Source of the DNA: Macrostomum hystrix
Taxonomy: Eukaryota > Animalia > Platyhelminthes
Length of the DNA: 64,000 nucleotides
Direction: 5' to 3'
Assembly (NCBI GenBank): GCA_950097015.1
Contig: CATNEN010000038.1
Coordinates: forward strand, 4,030,001-4,094,000
Position numbers and translations under genes: made by a program. Numbering within the stretch: position 1 is the first letter of the stretch; each line of letters opens with the position of its first letter. The notes below the pieces were generated by a model that saw nothing but the letters and a program-made list of their open reading frames with translations, was not told where the DNA came from and searched no databases. Shown piece after piece: positions 23,901 through 36,627 of the stretch.

Positions 23901-26900
23901 GCCATTAGGGAACACGGAGCCGTGCCACAGGGCCAGAGCTACGCAGCCGAATATGATGGCGGAGTGGTACACACCTGCGCAGCGTTGAAATGCAATCAGC
24001 TACTATAATGCCATTTACAGCCTGGGTGAACAGAAGCAACGGGTGAGCAAGTGTCGTGCTTGAGAACACAATTAGATTCGCTTAGGCTGAGTTTCGAACC
24101 CCAAACCTTTGGGTTTCAAAAGTTTACCGAAAAAATGTATCATTTAGCACCCCTACAGATTCACAACACCTGATGTTATTTTCGTTGCTTACACCTTGGA
24201 TATAAATAAGAATGTACATTATGATTGTACATATAGGAATGTACACTATGATTGTACATAGATGACGTACATTATGATTGTACATAGATTATGTACATTA
24301 TGATTGTACATAGATTATGTACATTATGATTGTACATAGATTATGTACATTATGATTGTACATAGATTATGTACATTATCATTGTAAATAGATGGATGTA
24401 CATTATAATTGTACCTATAGGAATGTACACTATAATTGAACAAAGGAAACCAGCAAGCCAACCATTCAGCATCCAGAGCGCGAACACGCGGAAGTTGTAC
24501 CGGCTGTTGTCCTGGGTCTCCTTGTACAGCTGAGGATAGCGCATGCAATTCTCCTGCGAGCAGGACCGATCGAATATTCCTAGAGCGAATGGCGTCGCAC
24601 CGGTGAAGAAGACATTGTACAGACCCTGAGTCCACTTCTCGAACATCACCTGACCGGAGAAGCCGGACGCCATGGCGAACCAGAAGGAGGTAATGTAGAG
24701 CGTCAGGTTCTTGTAGAAGGAGAACAGGATCACGATGGTGACGCGGTGGTAGCTCCAGGAGCCGTGAACAAAAAGCAGCTTCTTGAGGAAGCGGAATTGA
24801 GCAAGCGCGTAGTCTGAGGCGGCTGCGGCCTGAGCAGTGTCGGGACAGTCCGAATTTTCAGAACTACTTTATAATACTACTTATCCGAATTAGTATATTA
24901 AGGATACCAAAAATACAATTAAGTAATTCTCACCTGCAGGCCCTCCTTGCCCTTCAGGCCGACGCCAACGTGGCTCTCTTGAATCATCGGCACATCGTTT
25001 GCGCCGTCGCCGATGGCCAGTGTCACAGCGGTTGGCAGAGCTTCGCGCACGTAGCGAACCACGTCAGATTTCTGCTTGGGGCTGACCCGGCAGCAAATTA
25101 CCGTGCGGCACTGCAGGCAGACCTCAAGGAACTCGGCGCGCAGCTCAGGCCGGCCAGCCCAGGCCAGAGCTTCGCCTTCCACCACCAGGGCCGGCTCCTT
25201 GACGCTGCCTTCCAGCCCAGCAACCCAGGTCTGCAGGGCGGCCACCCGAGATCGAATCTGGTCGAGGCCGGAGCCGGTGAGGGTCCGCACCTCCATGCCA
25301 GACTGCAGCAGACGGCAGGAGTAGCCGATGTTGATGGCCGTCTCCAGCTTGTCACCTGTGAGCACCCAGATCCGCATGCCAGCCTGCAGGAGGTCGTTGA
25401 TAGTGGCAGGGACGCCAACCTGCAGCTTGTCTTCAATGGCCGTGGCTCCTAGAAGCTCCAAGTTCTGCAGAGGAGCAGTTTGAAGATGAGGAACTTAAAT
25501 AATGCGAACTTGACCCATCCAGATGGACATCTGACCCATCCAGATGGACATCTGACCCATCCAGATGGACATCTGACCCATCCAGATGGACATCTGACCC
25601 ATCCAGATGGACATCTGACCCATCCAGATGGACATCTGACCCATCCAGATGGACATCTGACCCATAGATCCTCTGATCCATAGATCCTCCGACCCATAGC
25701 TCCTCTGACCCATAGATCCTCCGACCCATAGCTCCTCTGACCCATAGATCCTCTGACCCATAGATCCTCTGAACCGTAGATCCTCTGACCCATAGATCAT
25801 CTGACCCATAGATCCTCTGACCCAAAGATGCTCTGATCCATAGATCCTCTGAACCGTAGATCCTCTGACCCAAAGATCCTCTGAACCGTAGATCCTCTGA
25901 CCCAAAGATCCTCTGATCCATAGATCCTCTGACCCAAAGATTCTTTGACCCAAAGATCCTCTGACCCAAAGATTCTTTGACCCAAAGATTCTCTGACCCA
26001 AAGATCCTCTGATCCTTAGATCAGCTAATCCAATAAGCCCACCCTCTCAATCTTGTCGGCCACGTCAGCGAGCCGCTGTTCTCGATTCTCCACATCGTTG
26101 CAGGCGCTCTGGTATTCGGCATCGAGCTGCAGCCAGCGCGTGGGCTCAATTTGAGCCGTTGCTATGCAGAGGGTACGGAGGCCAGCAACGGCGAATCGCT
26201 CCATGTGAGCACTGGTCTGCTGGGTGTGCCGCTCGCTACCGAGGCGCGAATAAATGGCCGAGTCCTGAGCAGATTTAAATAAATTGCATGCTTTATTAAC
26301 CGATTACCGCACAGAAAAAAATTAACATGCGTTACCTATTAGTCTATAAAAGCTGTCTTTTAGATGCCTACAGGACTTGCCAAAGCCGATTAACACACGC
26401 ATATTCGAAGGAGCTGAGTAGGAGGCTGTCCTCCAGGTCTTGGAGGAAAGCCTCATTGCATCTATTCAGCTAAAAAGCCTGAGTAGGGCCTGAAGCAGAT
26501 GCTGATATTAGCCTCAGGAATTGAGCCTGACGGATAAGCAGACCTGAGCCTGAGGGACAAGCTGAACTGAGCCTGAGGGATAAGCTGAACTGAGCCTGAG
26601 GGATAAGCTGAACTGAGCCTGAGGGATAAGCAGACCTGAGCCTGAGGGATAAGCAGACCTGAGCCTGAGGGATAAGCTGAACTGAGCCTGAGGGATAAGC
26701 AGACCTGAGCCTGAGGGATAAGCTGAACTGAGCCTGAGGGATAAGCTGAACTGAGCCTGAGGGATAAGCAGACCTGAGCCTGAGGGATAAGCTGAACTGA
26801 GCCTGAGGGATAAGCTGAACTGAGCCTGAGGGATAAGCAGACCTGAGCCTGAGGGATAAGCTGAATTGAGCCTGAGGGATAAGCAGACCTGAGCCTGAGG

Positions 26901-29900
26901 GATAAGCTGAACTGAGCCTGAGGGATAAGCAGACCTGAGCCTGAGGGATAAGCTGAACTGAGCCTGAGGGATAAGCAGACCTGACCCTGAGGGATAAGCT
27001 GAACTGACCCTGAGGGATAAGCAGACCTGAGCCTGAGGGATAAGCTGAATTGAGCCTGAGGGAGTCGGAGGTAAACACTAGCAAATTGAAGCGAAAAGGG
27101 GTCGGAAGGAGAGCTAGAACTGAGTATTAACAGTGCCTGAGGTTCAAAGCGAAGCATAAGCTATAATAGGGCCAGAAGATGAATGTTGGTATAGCCAGAT
27201 ATTAAACTCACAGCCCCTTTAATAAATAGTCGAATCGAGCCGTCGGGACATTGCACAACCATAGACATTCGCTTGCGATCGCTGGTGAACTCAAAGTTGG
27301 CCAGAGTCCTGTAGGTCCGCTCTTCGCCGGACTAAAAGTGGGTCGATTAACAGTGAGAGGTTTTTTATTTAAGCAAGTGTCAAAAATCCATATAATTTAC
27401 ACTTGCGAATATTTATTTCTGAATGCATCTGTTATAGTAAGTCTTTTAAATTTTTTAGAAAAAAAACTGATAACGAGCTGTATACGATGGGTAAAAGGGA
27501 CCAATTGAATTCAGGGATAGTCCAACTTCTGAATCGGGGATAATGGACTAACTGAGAGAGAATAATGCAGCAACTTAGGGGATAATGCAATACTTGTGGG
27601 GATAATGCAGTAACTGAGGGAATAGTGCAATATGTGTGGGGATAATATAGAAGCTGAGGGGATAATGCAGTAGCTGAGGGGGGGAATGCAGTAGCTGAGG
27701 GGATAATGCAGTAACCAAGGGGATAATGCAGTAGCTGAGGGGATAATGCAGTAACCAAGGGGATAATGCAGTAGCTGAGGGGATAATGCAGTAACCAAGG
27801 GGATAATGCAGTAACTGAGGGGATAATGCAATATGTGTGGAGATAATGTAGAAGCTGAGGGGATAATGCAGTAGCTGAGGGGGATAATGCAGTAGCTGAG
27901 GGGATAATGCACTAACCAAGGGGATAATGCAGTAGCTGAGGGGATAATGCAGTAACCAAGGGGATAATGCAGTAGCTGAGGGAATAATGCAATATTTGTG
28001 GGGATAATGTAGAAGCTGAGGGGATAATGCAGTAGCTGAGGGGGATAATGCAGTAGCTGAGGGGGATAATGCAGTAGCTGAGGGGATAATGCAGTAACCA
28101 AGGGGATAATGCAGTAACTGAGGGGATAATGCAATATGTGTGGGGATAATGTAGAAGCTGAGGGGATAACGCAGTAGCTGAGGGGGATAATGCAGTAGCT
28201 GAGGGGATAATGCACTAACCAAGGGGATAATGCAGTAGCTGAGGGGTATAATGCAGTAGCTGAGGGGATAATGCAGTAACCAAGGGGATAATGCAGTAGC
28301 TGAGGGAATAATGCAGTAGCTGAGGGGGATAATGCAGTAGCTGAGGGGGATAATGCAGTAGCTGAGGGGATAATGCACTAACCAAGGGGATAATGCAGTA
28401 GCTGAGGGGATAATGCAGTAACCAAGGGGATAATGCAGTAGCTGAGGGAATAATGCAATATGTGTGGGGATAATGTAGAAGCTGATGGGATAATGCAGTA
28501 GCTGAGGGGGATAATGCAGTAGCTGAGGGGGATAATGCAGTAGCTGAGGGGATAATGCAGTAACCAAGGGGATAATGCAGTAACTGAGGGGATAATGCAG
28601 TAACTGAGCGGATAATGCAGTAGCTGAGGGGGATAATGCAGAAGCTGAGGGGGATAATGCAGTAGCTGAGGGGGATAATGCAGTAGCTGAGGGGATAATG
28701 CAGTAACCAAGGGGATAATGCAGTAACCAAGGGGATAATGCAGTAACTGAGGGGATAATGCAGTAACCAAGGGGATAATGCAGTAGCTGAGGGGAATAAT
28801 GCAATATATGTGGGGATAATGTAGAAGCTACGGGGATAATGCAGTAACCAAGGGGAAAATGCAGTAGCTGAGGGGTATAATGCAGTAGCTGAGGGGGATA
28901 ATGCAGTAGCCAAGGGGATATTGTTGTTGCTGAGGGGATAGTGTAATAATTAAGTGGTATATTGCGGCCAATGATGGGAAAAAGCACATTACCTCAGGGG
29001 ATAATTCAGTAACTGCGGTAAAAACGCAGATACGACAGATTTATTGATTGTTTGGTTAGAGGGCCAAACGTGTAGCTAAGGCGAGTTATGAGCCCTACAA
29101 TGATTGCAGCTCAGCAACTCACAGTTCTAATAGTGACAAAGGTGTCTAAACTGCGGTCGCACAGTTCATAGCCGGCTGATTTGGCCGCCACGACAAGCGC
29201 CGCCTCGTCTGGCGAGCTGGCGCTGTAGTCGACCACGCTGCCGTCCGCCGCCTTCTCCGGGATGACGGTGTGGCACACTGCCAGCACAGTGAGGAACAGG
29301 TCCAGCTCCGGGGGCACGGAGCCGCCATCCACCAGTTGTCGAATGGCGCCAATGCCAGATTTGAATTGCAGGGCGCCGGTCTCGGCGTTTGTGGCCACTT
29401 CACCGTAGACTCGGCCGGCTACCGTAGCACCCTGGAACACCATGCAGTTCTGCGTCAGCGTGCCGGTCTTGTCCGAGAACACAAAGTTGATCTGGCCGAG
29501 CTCTTCGTTCAGGCTGGAGGTGCGCGCTTCGGCGGCAATGTCGCTGGCTTCGTCGTACAGGTCCAAATCCTTAGCGGTGAGTAATTACGCATTTTATATT
29601 TTCATATTTCTACTGCAAGTAGTCTGATGAGAATTTAAATATATATATCGAGACGAATCTTTTAGAATCTTTATATTTGAATATTTCTACTGCAAGTAGT
29701 CTGATGAGAATTTAAATATATATATATAGAGACGAATCTTTTAGAATATTTATATTTTTATTTTATGACTCACGCATTGAATAAAATAGGCCTGAAATAT
29801 TCGCATGAACTCCAGCGTCACCTGCAGCGATATTGGCACAATTGTGTGAAACGTGATGAAGGCCGTTATCACCATGGACCCGAAGTGTGAGATGGACAGC

Positions 29901-32900
29901 ACTGAAAGTGAAATAGCGGCCTAATTAAACTCTCTTGGTTTTAACAAAAAACCAATAATCAGTTAGAAAATTAACCCATAAGGGGGTCGGTGGCAGAGCG
30001 GTTAACGCGTTTGCCTCGCGTGCCAAGGTCCCTGAGCTCGATTCCGCGTCGAGGCCACATGAATTTGTGGCGCAGCCGCAGAGAGAAGGCTTGGGGGCTT
30101 GTCGTGCTATTGACGCCATTGAAAGCCAAACTCCAAGGCACAATAAAAGTGTACACAAATGTACACACCTGTGTGAGCGTGTGCCTGTATACATAATTGC
30201 CATTGCCCGCAGCCCACCAGCAATTATTTTTATTTTTATTCCCCATAATCTACGAGTACTAATCCCGTCAGTCACATCTGAAGTGATCAGCCAGGTGACT
30301 CACCATTATCTGGAATATACCAAGCCACTGTACCAGCAGTACCAGTCCACACAGCGTTAGCAATGGATGTGAACAGGGTTAGGAAGGCCAATATGGCCAT
30401 CAGCAGTAAAAAATAGCGATTTGATTCCTGTTCAACTCGAGACCGTTTCAACGGCACCGACTTGGAATTCTTCATCACTTTAGTGTCTGGGCCAGTGTAC
30501 ACAACCAGGCCAATCACAAAGCCGGTCTTTCTCAAACATGTGCCCCGCATCAACAGCTGGTTGAGGCTGACTGACAGCCGCTCCGAGCTGTCAGTGCAAC
30601 CGCTTTTGTGAAGAAGCAGCGAGCCCTTGAACTTGCTGGTGTCGTCGTTTGGCGGCTCGCAAACTAGCTGGCCCTGGACACACAGAATTGGCTTCAGCTT
30701 AATGCGTGATTGCTAGTAACTGTGACAGATCCTTAACTTACTACTCACAACCAACACTACTGGTAAAGCCTTTAGTTACAACACTCCTACGAACACTGAC
30801 TAGAACACTTCTACTAACACTGACTAGAACACTCCTACTAACACTGACTAGAACACTCCTACTAACACTGACTAGAACACTCCTACTAACACTGACTAGA
30901 ACACTCCTACTAACACTGACTAGAACACTCCTACTAACACTGACTAGAACACTCCTACTAACACTGACTAGAACACTCCTACTAACACTGACTAGAACAC
31001 AGCCGAGCAGACTTGGCAAAGGAACCAGTCTTATCTCACCTGCAAAGTCATCAGCTGGTGCGGCTCAGTGACGTCAGCAGTGGCTGGCAAGGCCTGTCGC
31101 ACCTTAAGATTGGTTTCGCCATCCAGATTAGCGGTCTCAATGTAGCAAATGCCCTTCGCCTCGGAGCTGGACAGCAGGAGAATGTCAGCCGGGAGCAGGC
31201 AGTTGCTCTCAATTCTCACAATGTCCCCAACCTGCAATTGCTTCCATTTCGCTTCCTGCCAGGCGGAATGGCGCAGCAGCTTAGTAGGACTGTTGTTCAC
31301 GCGCTGGTCGGTCCTAAGGCGGCCCTGTAAAGACGCAATCGAAATTATGCTAAGCTAGACATATAAAAGCATGACTGACTTTCAAACTTAAAGCTGAGCT
31401 AAGCATATTTAGACTCACCCAATCTTCCACAACCTCCTTGATAACGGTGAGCAGCATGATGATGCCTAAGGGCACCGCCGTTGTGAATCTACCGGTTGGC
31501 GATAGGCCCGGTATTTGCTAGATAAAAGCGATTTGGGTGGAAAAGGAACAATTTTAGTTAAATAGGAACTTCAAACTGTGTTTGCTGCCACTGCTACCCT
31601 GGCACCTTTGAGTGCGTTTGCTGCCACTGCTACACTGGCACCTTTGAGTGCGTTTGCTGCCACTGCTAACCTGACACATTTGAGTCCGTTTGCTGTCACT
31701 GCTAACCTGACACATTTGAGTGCGTTTGCTGCCACTGCTACCCTGAAACCTTTGAGTGCGTTTGCTGCCACTGCTACCCTGGCACCTTTGAGTGCGTTTG
31801 CTGCCACTGCTACCCTGACACACTTGAGTGCGTTTGCTGTCACTGCTACCCTGACACATTTGAGTGCGTTTGCTGCCACTGCTACCCTGAAACCTTTGAG
31901 TGCGTTTGCTGCCACTGCTACCCTGGCACCTTTGAGTGCGTTTGCTGCCACTGCTACCCTGACACACTTGAGTGCGTTTGCTGTCACTGCTACCCTGACA
32001 CATTTGAGTGCGTTTGCTGCCACTGCTACCCTGAAACCTTTGAGTGCATTTGCTGCCACTGCTACTCTGGCACCTTTGAGTGCGTTTGCTGCCACTGCTA
32101 CCCTAACACCTATGAGTGCGTTTGCTGCCACTGCTACACTGGCACCTTTGAGTGCGTTTGCTGCCACTGCTACCCTGACACACTTGAGTGCGTTTGCTGC
32201 CACTGCTACCCTGACACACTTGAGTGCGTTTGCTGCCACTGCTACTCTGGCACCTTTGAGTGCGTTTGCTGCCACTGCTACCCTAACACCTTTGAGTGCG
32301 TTTGCTGCCACTGCTACCCTGACACAATTGAGTGCGTTTGCTGTCACTGCTACCCTGAAACCTTTGAGTGCATTTGCTGCCACTGCTACTCTGGCACCTT
32401 TGAGTGCGTTTGCTGCCACTGCTACACTGGCACCTTTGAGTGCGTTTGCTGTCACTGCTACCCTGGCACCTTTGAGTGCGTTTGCTGTCACTGCTACCCT
32501 GACACATTTGAGTGCGTTTGCTGCCACTGCTACCCTGAAACCTTTGAGTGCATTTGCTGCCACTGCTACCCTGAAACCTTTGAGTGCATTTGCTGCCACT
32601 GCTACTCTGGCACCTTTGAGTGCGTTTGCTGCCACTGCTACCCTAACACCTTTGAGTGCGTTTGCTGCCACTGCTACCCTGACACACTTGAGTGCGTTTG
32701 CTGCCACTGCTACCCTGACACATTTGAGTGCGTTTGCTGTCACTGACTGTCACTGCTGTCACTGACTGTCACTGCTGTCACTGCTGTCACTGACTGTCAC
32801 TGCGTTTGCTACCCTGACTCATGCGAGTGCGCTTGCTGTCACTGCTACCCTGAAACCTTTGAGTGCGTTTGATGGCATTGCTACACGGAGATATTTGAAT

Positions 32901-35900
32901 GTTTGTTGCCATTAAAGTAACGTGAGTACGGTGCACTAGTTAAAGTTCTACGTAGATGACGATGCATTTGGTTTATAAATTAGGACAAAGTTGACCTGCT
33001 GTTAACCAGAAAACTACGATCTTGACATACATACATTAATAGAACATTTTTCTTACCTGCAGCAGAGCGACTACAAAGAAGAAAGCATTAGGCGCCTTTC
33101 GAAATTGTTCGAACAGAAACTTAGGCCAGAAAGTTAGCAGTGTGTACTTTGTAGTACTTATGCCATTTAATTTAAATGCTGACTTTCCATCAACACTGGC
33201 CCTGTTCAGCTCAACAACACGCTCTTTGAAGGCTGTTGAATGCACGGTAGTCTCATTGGATGGCTGACTGTGCAATGCAGAGTAACCTAAAGTCAAAAGA
33301 TGTTTTATTTACTGCTAAATAAAAGTATTTAGCTGCGATGAAAGCCACAAAATACTCATTGGAAGGAATGTAAGTACTTATTTTCTTATGTACAAGTATA
33401 TAGGGTAGTTACATTTGCAAATTTTAACTTTGATTTAAAATTGTAATTCTTTAAAGATACATGTACCCATGAATATAGTTTTTATGCATGAATTGCTGTC
33501 ACAGATGTTAAATCTAAAATACATTTAGATTCAAATGTGCAATCAAAATAAATGCAATCAATTTGTTTTTTGTGCAACTATAATACTGTAATCCAGTCAG
33601 ATACTGTACTTTCATATCTATATGTTCTACTGGTCAGGTAAATGGAGTGGCGCATGCAAAATATGGAAGGGTGGCTGCAAGGTCATTTTTGCAAGTCTGC
33701 ACTAATCTGTTTGTCTAATTGTTTGTCCTGTGGCCTGGTAGACTTTGCCAACTGGATGTGACTTAGGGCCAGCTCATCATTTTTGAGGTCTACAAAAAGT
33801 GGCAGCAAGCCACTGTCATCAGTACCATCTAAAGTGTCACATTAGAGGGGCTTAACACCTTATTGGAATAACTTTACAAATGGTGTTTCACTGTCCATAG
33901 CAATTTCAGAATTTTCCAGTGTCGCATTGTGGTGGAGTCAAGGCAGGTGGTGTTGCAGCATGGTGCAGCACTGAGTGACCTTTTGGGTTTAACACCAAGG
34001 CTAATATAATAATAATTGCAGGAGGGCTGCAGGCAATGGCACATCATTTAGTGACACTAGACCCGCAGCCAGCAAGGAGGCAATTCTGCCCATTTTTCTG
34101 ACTCCTGAGCACACACGCACACAGATACTGTACGCAGGCATACGCTCACACAGGTGTGTACATCTGCCCTGACTTTCTCATTGTCAGGCAGTGTACATTT
34201 CACTGTGCCTTGGAGGTTGGCCCTCAAGGGTGTAAATTGCACAACAAGCCCCAAGCCTTACCGCGGCAGCGCTCCAAATAAATGTGGCCTCACAGTGGAA
34301 TCGAACGACTGTGATGATGCGACAGGCAAACACATTAACTGCTCTACCACCAAGCCCCTACACCAGGGCTAACATATTCTGTGTTGCATGGAATTAGCCC
34401 AGTGTTGCACATCAGCATATTTACACATTCCAATAGACAACAAAATTGGTTTCTTTGGCCCTTAATCAAGTCTTGACTAGGCAGTGACTAGTCACAAAAA
34501 TACTGCTGGATTTGATTTTGAATGGCAAGATACCAGAGATGTACAGAAATGAGCTGTGCTACTTATTTCTCAATGTTGTCAACACACTGCCATGGCCCCT
34601 GTCAGAAGCAAAACCATTGTAGCCAGAGACATCACTGCCATGGCAAGAGGATTTCAACATCTAGCTAAGGACTAGCAATGAAATTGTGCAACCTTTGATT
34701 AACTTGACTGGTTTTTGAGCTGGAAGTCATGAGAATTGCCCTTGAGGTGCCAACATGATGAATAGTGCCCTTGCTGGGGTTGTCAAACTCAGTAAATGGA
34801 CAACCAACACATCTTAAAAATTATTATAAATCTAGGCATGATAAATAAATAGCACATGCTTTGCAATGTGAAGCTGTTTTACTATGTGGCTTACTTGGGA
34901 CTGGGTAAAATGTATATGCTAAACTAATTAAATATATACAAACTATAAGTTCCATATAGCCTATATCATGGTACAATGACACAGATCCTTAACATTATGC
35001 TGCATCTATGGCAAGGTGCACATCTATCAGTTAAGTGTCAATGTTGTCATTGTGATTTTGTTATCTTCCTTGAGGCTTTTGTTTGCTAGTAGCACACTGA
35101 CTCGATATTTCTTAAATATCTATTGTAAGTTTTTTAACTTCCTAAATTTAAAAAGCATTCCTTCTAGATTGAAATTTGATTAAAAAATTAAACAACTTAT
35201 TACTTAACCTTGACATTAAAAGCTGGCTTTTGCGAAGTTATCATTTGTCAAATCATTTTAATTTGTTTGTGTTTATAAAATCTACAGCTGAAGTTGAATG
35301 TTTTTTTACTATTCACTAGACCCATTTCAAATTATCAAACAATAGGCCTAGTCTCTGCTCTAAAAAACACAATAAGTATTGCTAGCTTTAAGTAAATAGT
35401 ATGCTTAGCCTAAGGCTTTGATTAATGCCCAAAATCAGAAAGTAGCTAGGACCTAAGCTAAGCTAGGCCTACTAGGTGGGACAGGGTAGAGAATTCGGAA
35501 CCTGGACACTTTGTCATCTTACAACTTCATCATCTAGATGACGATCTGTCCAATATCTCAGAGGATGGATGACGCAGAGACTTGACTTGATGGACACTTT
35601 GTCATCTATAAAACAAAAGTTTTCAAAGTTAGAACAACCACCCCTCCTCACATCGTGTTGGCACCTATTTTTCAACTCTTATAATGAAATCAGTTACGAC
35701 ACCACTTTTTGACAATTTAGAGTGTGAAGTGTGTTCACACCTCTGCCCCACCACCCCACCCTCACTTTATTGATGACGAACTAGATTGCTTGACAAATTA
35801 GTAGATGACAAACTGACCAAATTTTAAAGCATGCCAATTGGCTGGATGATGAAGTGTCCTGCCTTCCAAGTGGATGACGAAATTGTAAGATGACAAAGTT

Positions 35901-36627
35901 GTAAGATGACAAAGTGGGTCCCAGGTCATTTCGGTGACAAGACATTTCGGTGACAGAATTGGTCAGTTTGGTGACAACTATTTTGCACCTAAATATGCTA
36001 AGAAAACTGCCTTCCACGATCCAGCAGCTGCTTAAAGCCTGCACTCGCCTTGTCAATCCAAAACTTGAAAAATGTTTATTATACACATTTAATTAGGAAC
36101 GAATAACTATTGAAACTAGTGACTAGGGCCTACTCATTAAATAATTTAATAATTTAACTCATTTAAAGTAAAACCCAGACTTTAACATAGCGATGCAGCT
36201 TCTTATTAATACTTTTAGCATTATTTAATTAATATTTTATATGTGTGCATAGTTAAAATGGAAGGCAGTTTTTTAGCATATTTAGGTGCAAAAATAGTTG
36301 TCACCAATCTGACCAATTGTGTCACCGAAATGACTGTCACCGAAATGTCTTGTCACCGAAATGACCTGGGACCACGAAGTGTCTAGGATCCGGAGAATTC
36401 AGATGATAGGCCTTAGGCCATAAAAATACTCAAAGATTAGAAAATCTATAAGCAGTAAAATCTTTAAAATTATTTAACAGTAAAAAGCCAGTTTTATTAT
36501 GTTTTAAAACAATAAAATAGCTACAATAAATTCAAGAAACCAAAAAATGTGGCAACATACCTGGCAAATCAGGGACATCTTCAGCTGCAATTCCAGAATT
36601 TGCTTGATTTTCATTGGAAGAAGTCAT
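20920..36627 (-). CDS. ATP8A1: P4-type phospholipid-transporting ATPase, ATP8A class (~1186 aa, 14 exons)
   Basis: Motifs [62 protein letters not shown] and C-terminal GYAFS. Exons: 36627-36561 (least certain), 33286-33057, 31517-31419, 31324-31040, 30673-30304, 29901-29774, 29569-29123, 27331-27212, 26264-26043, 25464-24934, 24829-24463, 23974-23500, 21920-21808, 21026-20920. ATP8A1 versus ATP8A2 is not distinguishable in an invertebrate. Confidence 0.92.
21040..21780. repeat. Pyrimidine-rich (GTGTCTCATCTCTC) repeat
   Basis: Variable 16-21-bp units filling the last ATP8A intron. Confidence 0.93.
22325..23400. repeat. 28-bp minisatellite, ~38 copies
   Basis: Unit GAATTATCGATCGGGATTCTTATTCATT. 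Confidence 0.97.
23985..24110 (-). mobile_element. SINE family B copy, degenerate
   Basis: ATTTACAGCCTGGGTGAACAGAAGCAA...AAGTGTCGTGCTTGAGAACACAA...TTTCGAACCCC. Confidence 0.55.
24211..24435. repeat. 26-bp minisatellite, ~8 copies
   Basis: Unit TGTACATTATGATTGTACATAGATTA. Confidence 0.9.
25511..26020. repeat. Compound minisatellite: 21-bp x7, then 16-bp x~22
   Basis: CTGACCCATCCAGATGGACAT switches to CTGACCCATAGATCCT; both share CTGACCCAT. Confidence 0.95.
26522..27062. repeat. 23/24-bp minisatellite, ~23 copies
   Basis: Unit CTGAGCCTGAGGGATAAGC(AGAC/TGAA). Confidence 0.95.
27558..28940. repeat. 20-21-bp minisatellite, ~65 copies
   Basis: Unit GGGGATAATGCAGTAGCTGA with variants ending ACCAA or ATGTGT. 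Confidence 0.97.
29981..30240 (+). mobile_element. tRNA-derived SINE family A, copy 2
   Basis: A box TGGCAGAGCGG (29991) and B-box-like GAGCTCGATTCC (30034); body shared with copy 1; AT-rich tail; CCCATAA on both flanks. Confidence 0.8.
30780..31000. repeat. 24-bp minisatellite, ~9 copies
   Basis: Unit ACACTGACTAGAACACTCCTACTA. Confidence 0.95.
31580..32870. repeat. 36-bp minisatellite, ~33 copies
   Basis: Unit TGAGTGCGTTTGCTGCCACTGCTACCCTGGCACCTT. Confidence 0.97.
34009..34359 (-). mobile_element. tRNA-derived SINE family A, copy 3 (full length, with TSD)
   Basis: Close match to copy 1. 17-bp TSD ACACCAAGGCTAATATA / ACACCAGGGCTAACATA (33992-34008 and 34360-34376). Confidence 0.85.
35497..36392. 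mobile_element. Outer MITE-like foldback element in ATP8A intron 1
   Basis: Termini GGAACCTGGACACTTTGTCATCTTACAAC ... GTTGTAAGATGACAAAGTG[insert]TCTAGGATCC; flanking direct repeat GAGAATTC (35489-35496 and 36393-36400). Confidence 0.7.
35917..36373. mobile_element. Inner MITE with ~100-bp TIRs nested in the right TIR of the outer element
   Basis: GGTCCCAGGTCATTTCGGTGACAAGACATTTCGGTGAC...TTTTGCACCTAAATATGCTAAGAAAACTGCCTTCCA is mirrored at ~36259-36373. TSD ACAAAGTG / ACGAAGTG (8 bp, 1 mismatch). Confidence 0.8.

Noticed and set aside
27432-28987. Long LLHYP/YCIIP ORFs
   Set aside because: 20-21-bp minisatellite within an ATP8A intron.
29605-29760. 78-bp tandem duplication containing CTGATGAG...GACGAA
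   Set aside because: No stem II or GAAA; an ordinary intronic duplication, not a hammerhead or C/D snoRNA I can support.
31571-32765. ~390-aa Ala/Thr-rich 'antifreeze-like' ORFs on both strands
   Set aside because: 36-bp minisatellite inside ATP8A intron 2; no signal peptide or splice support.
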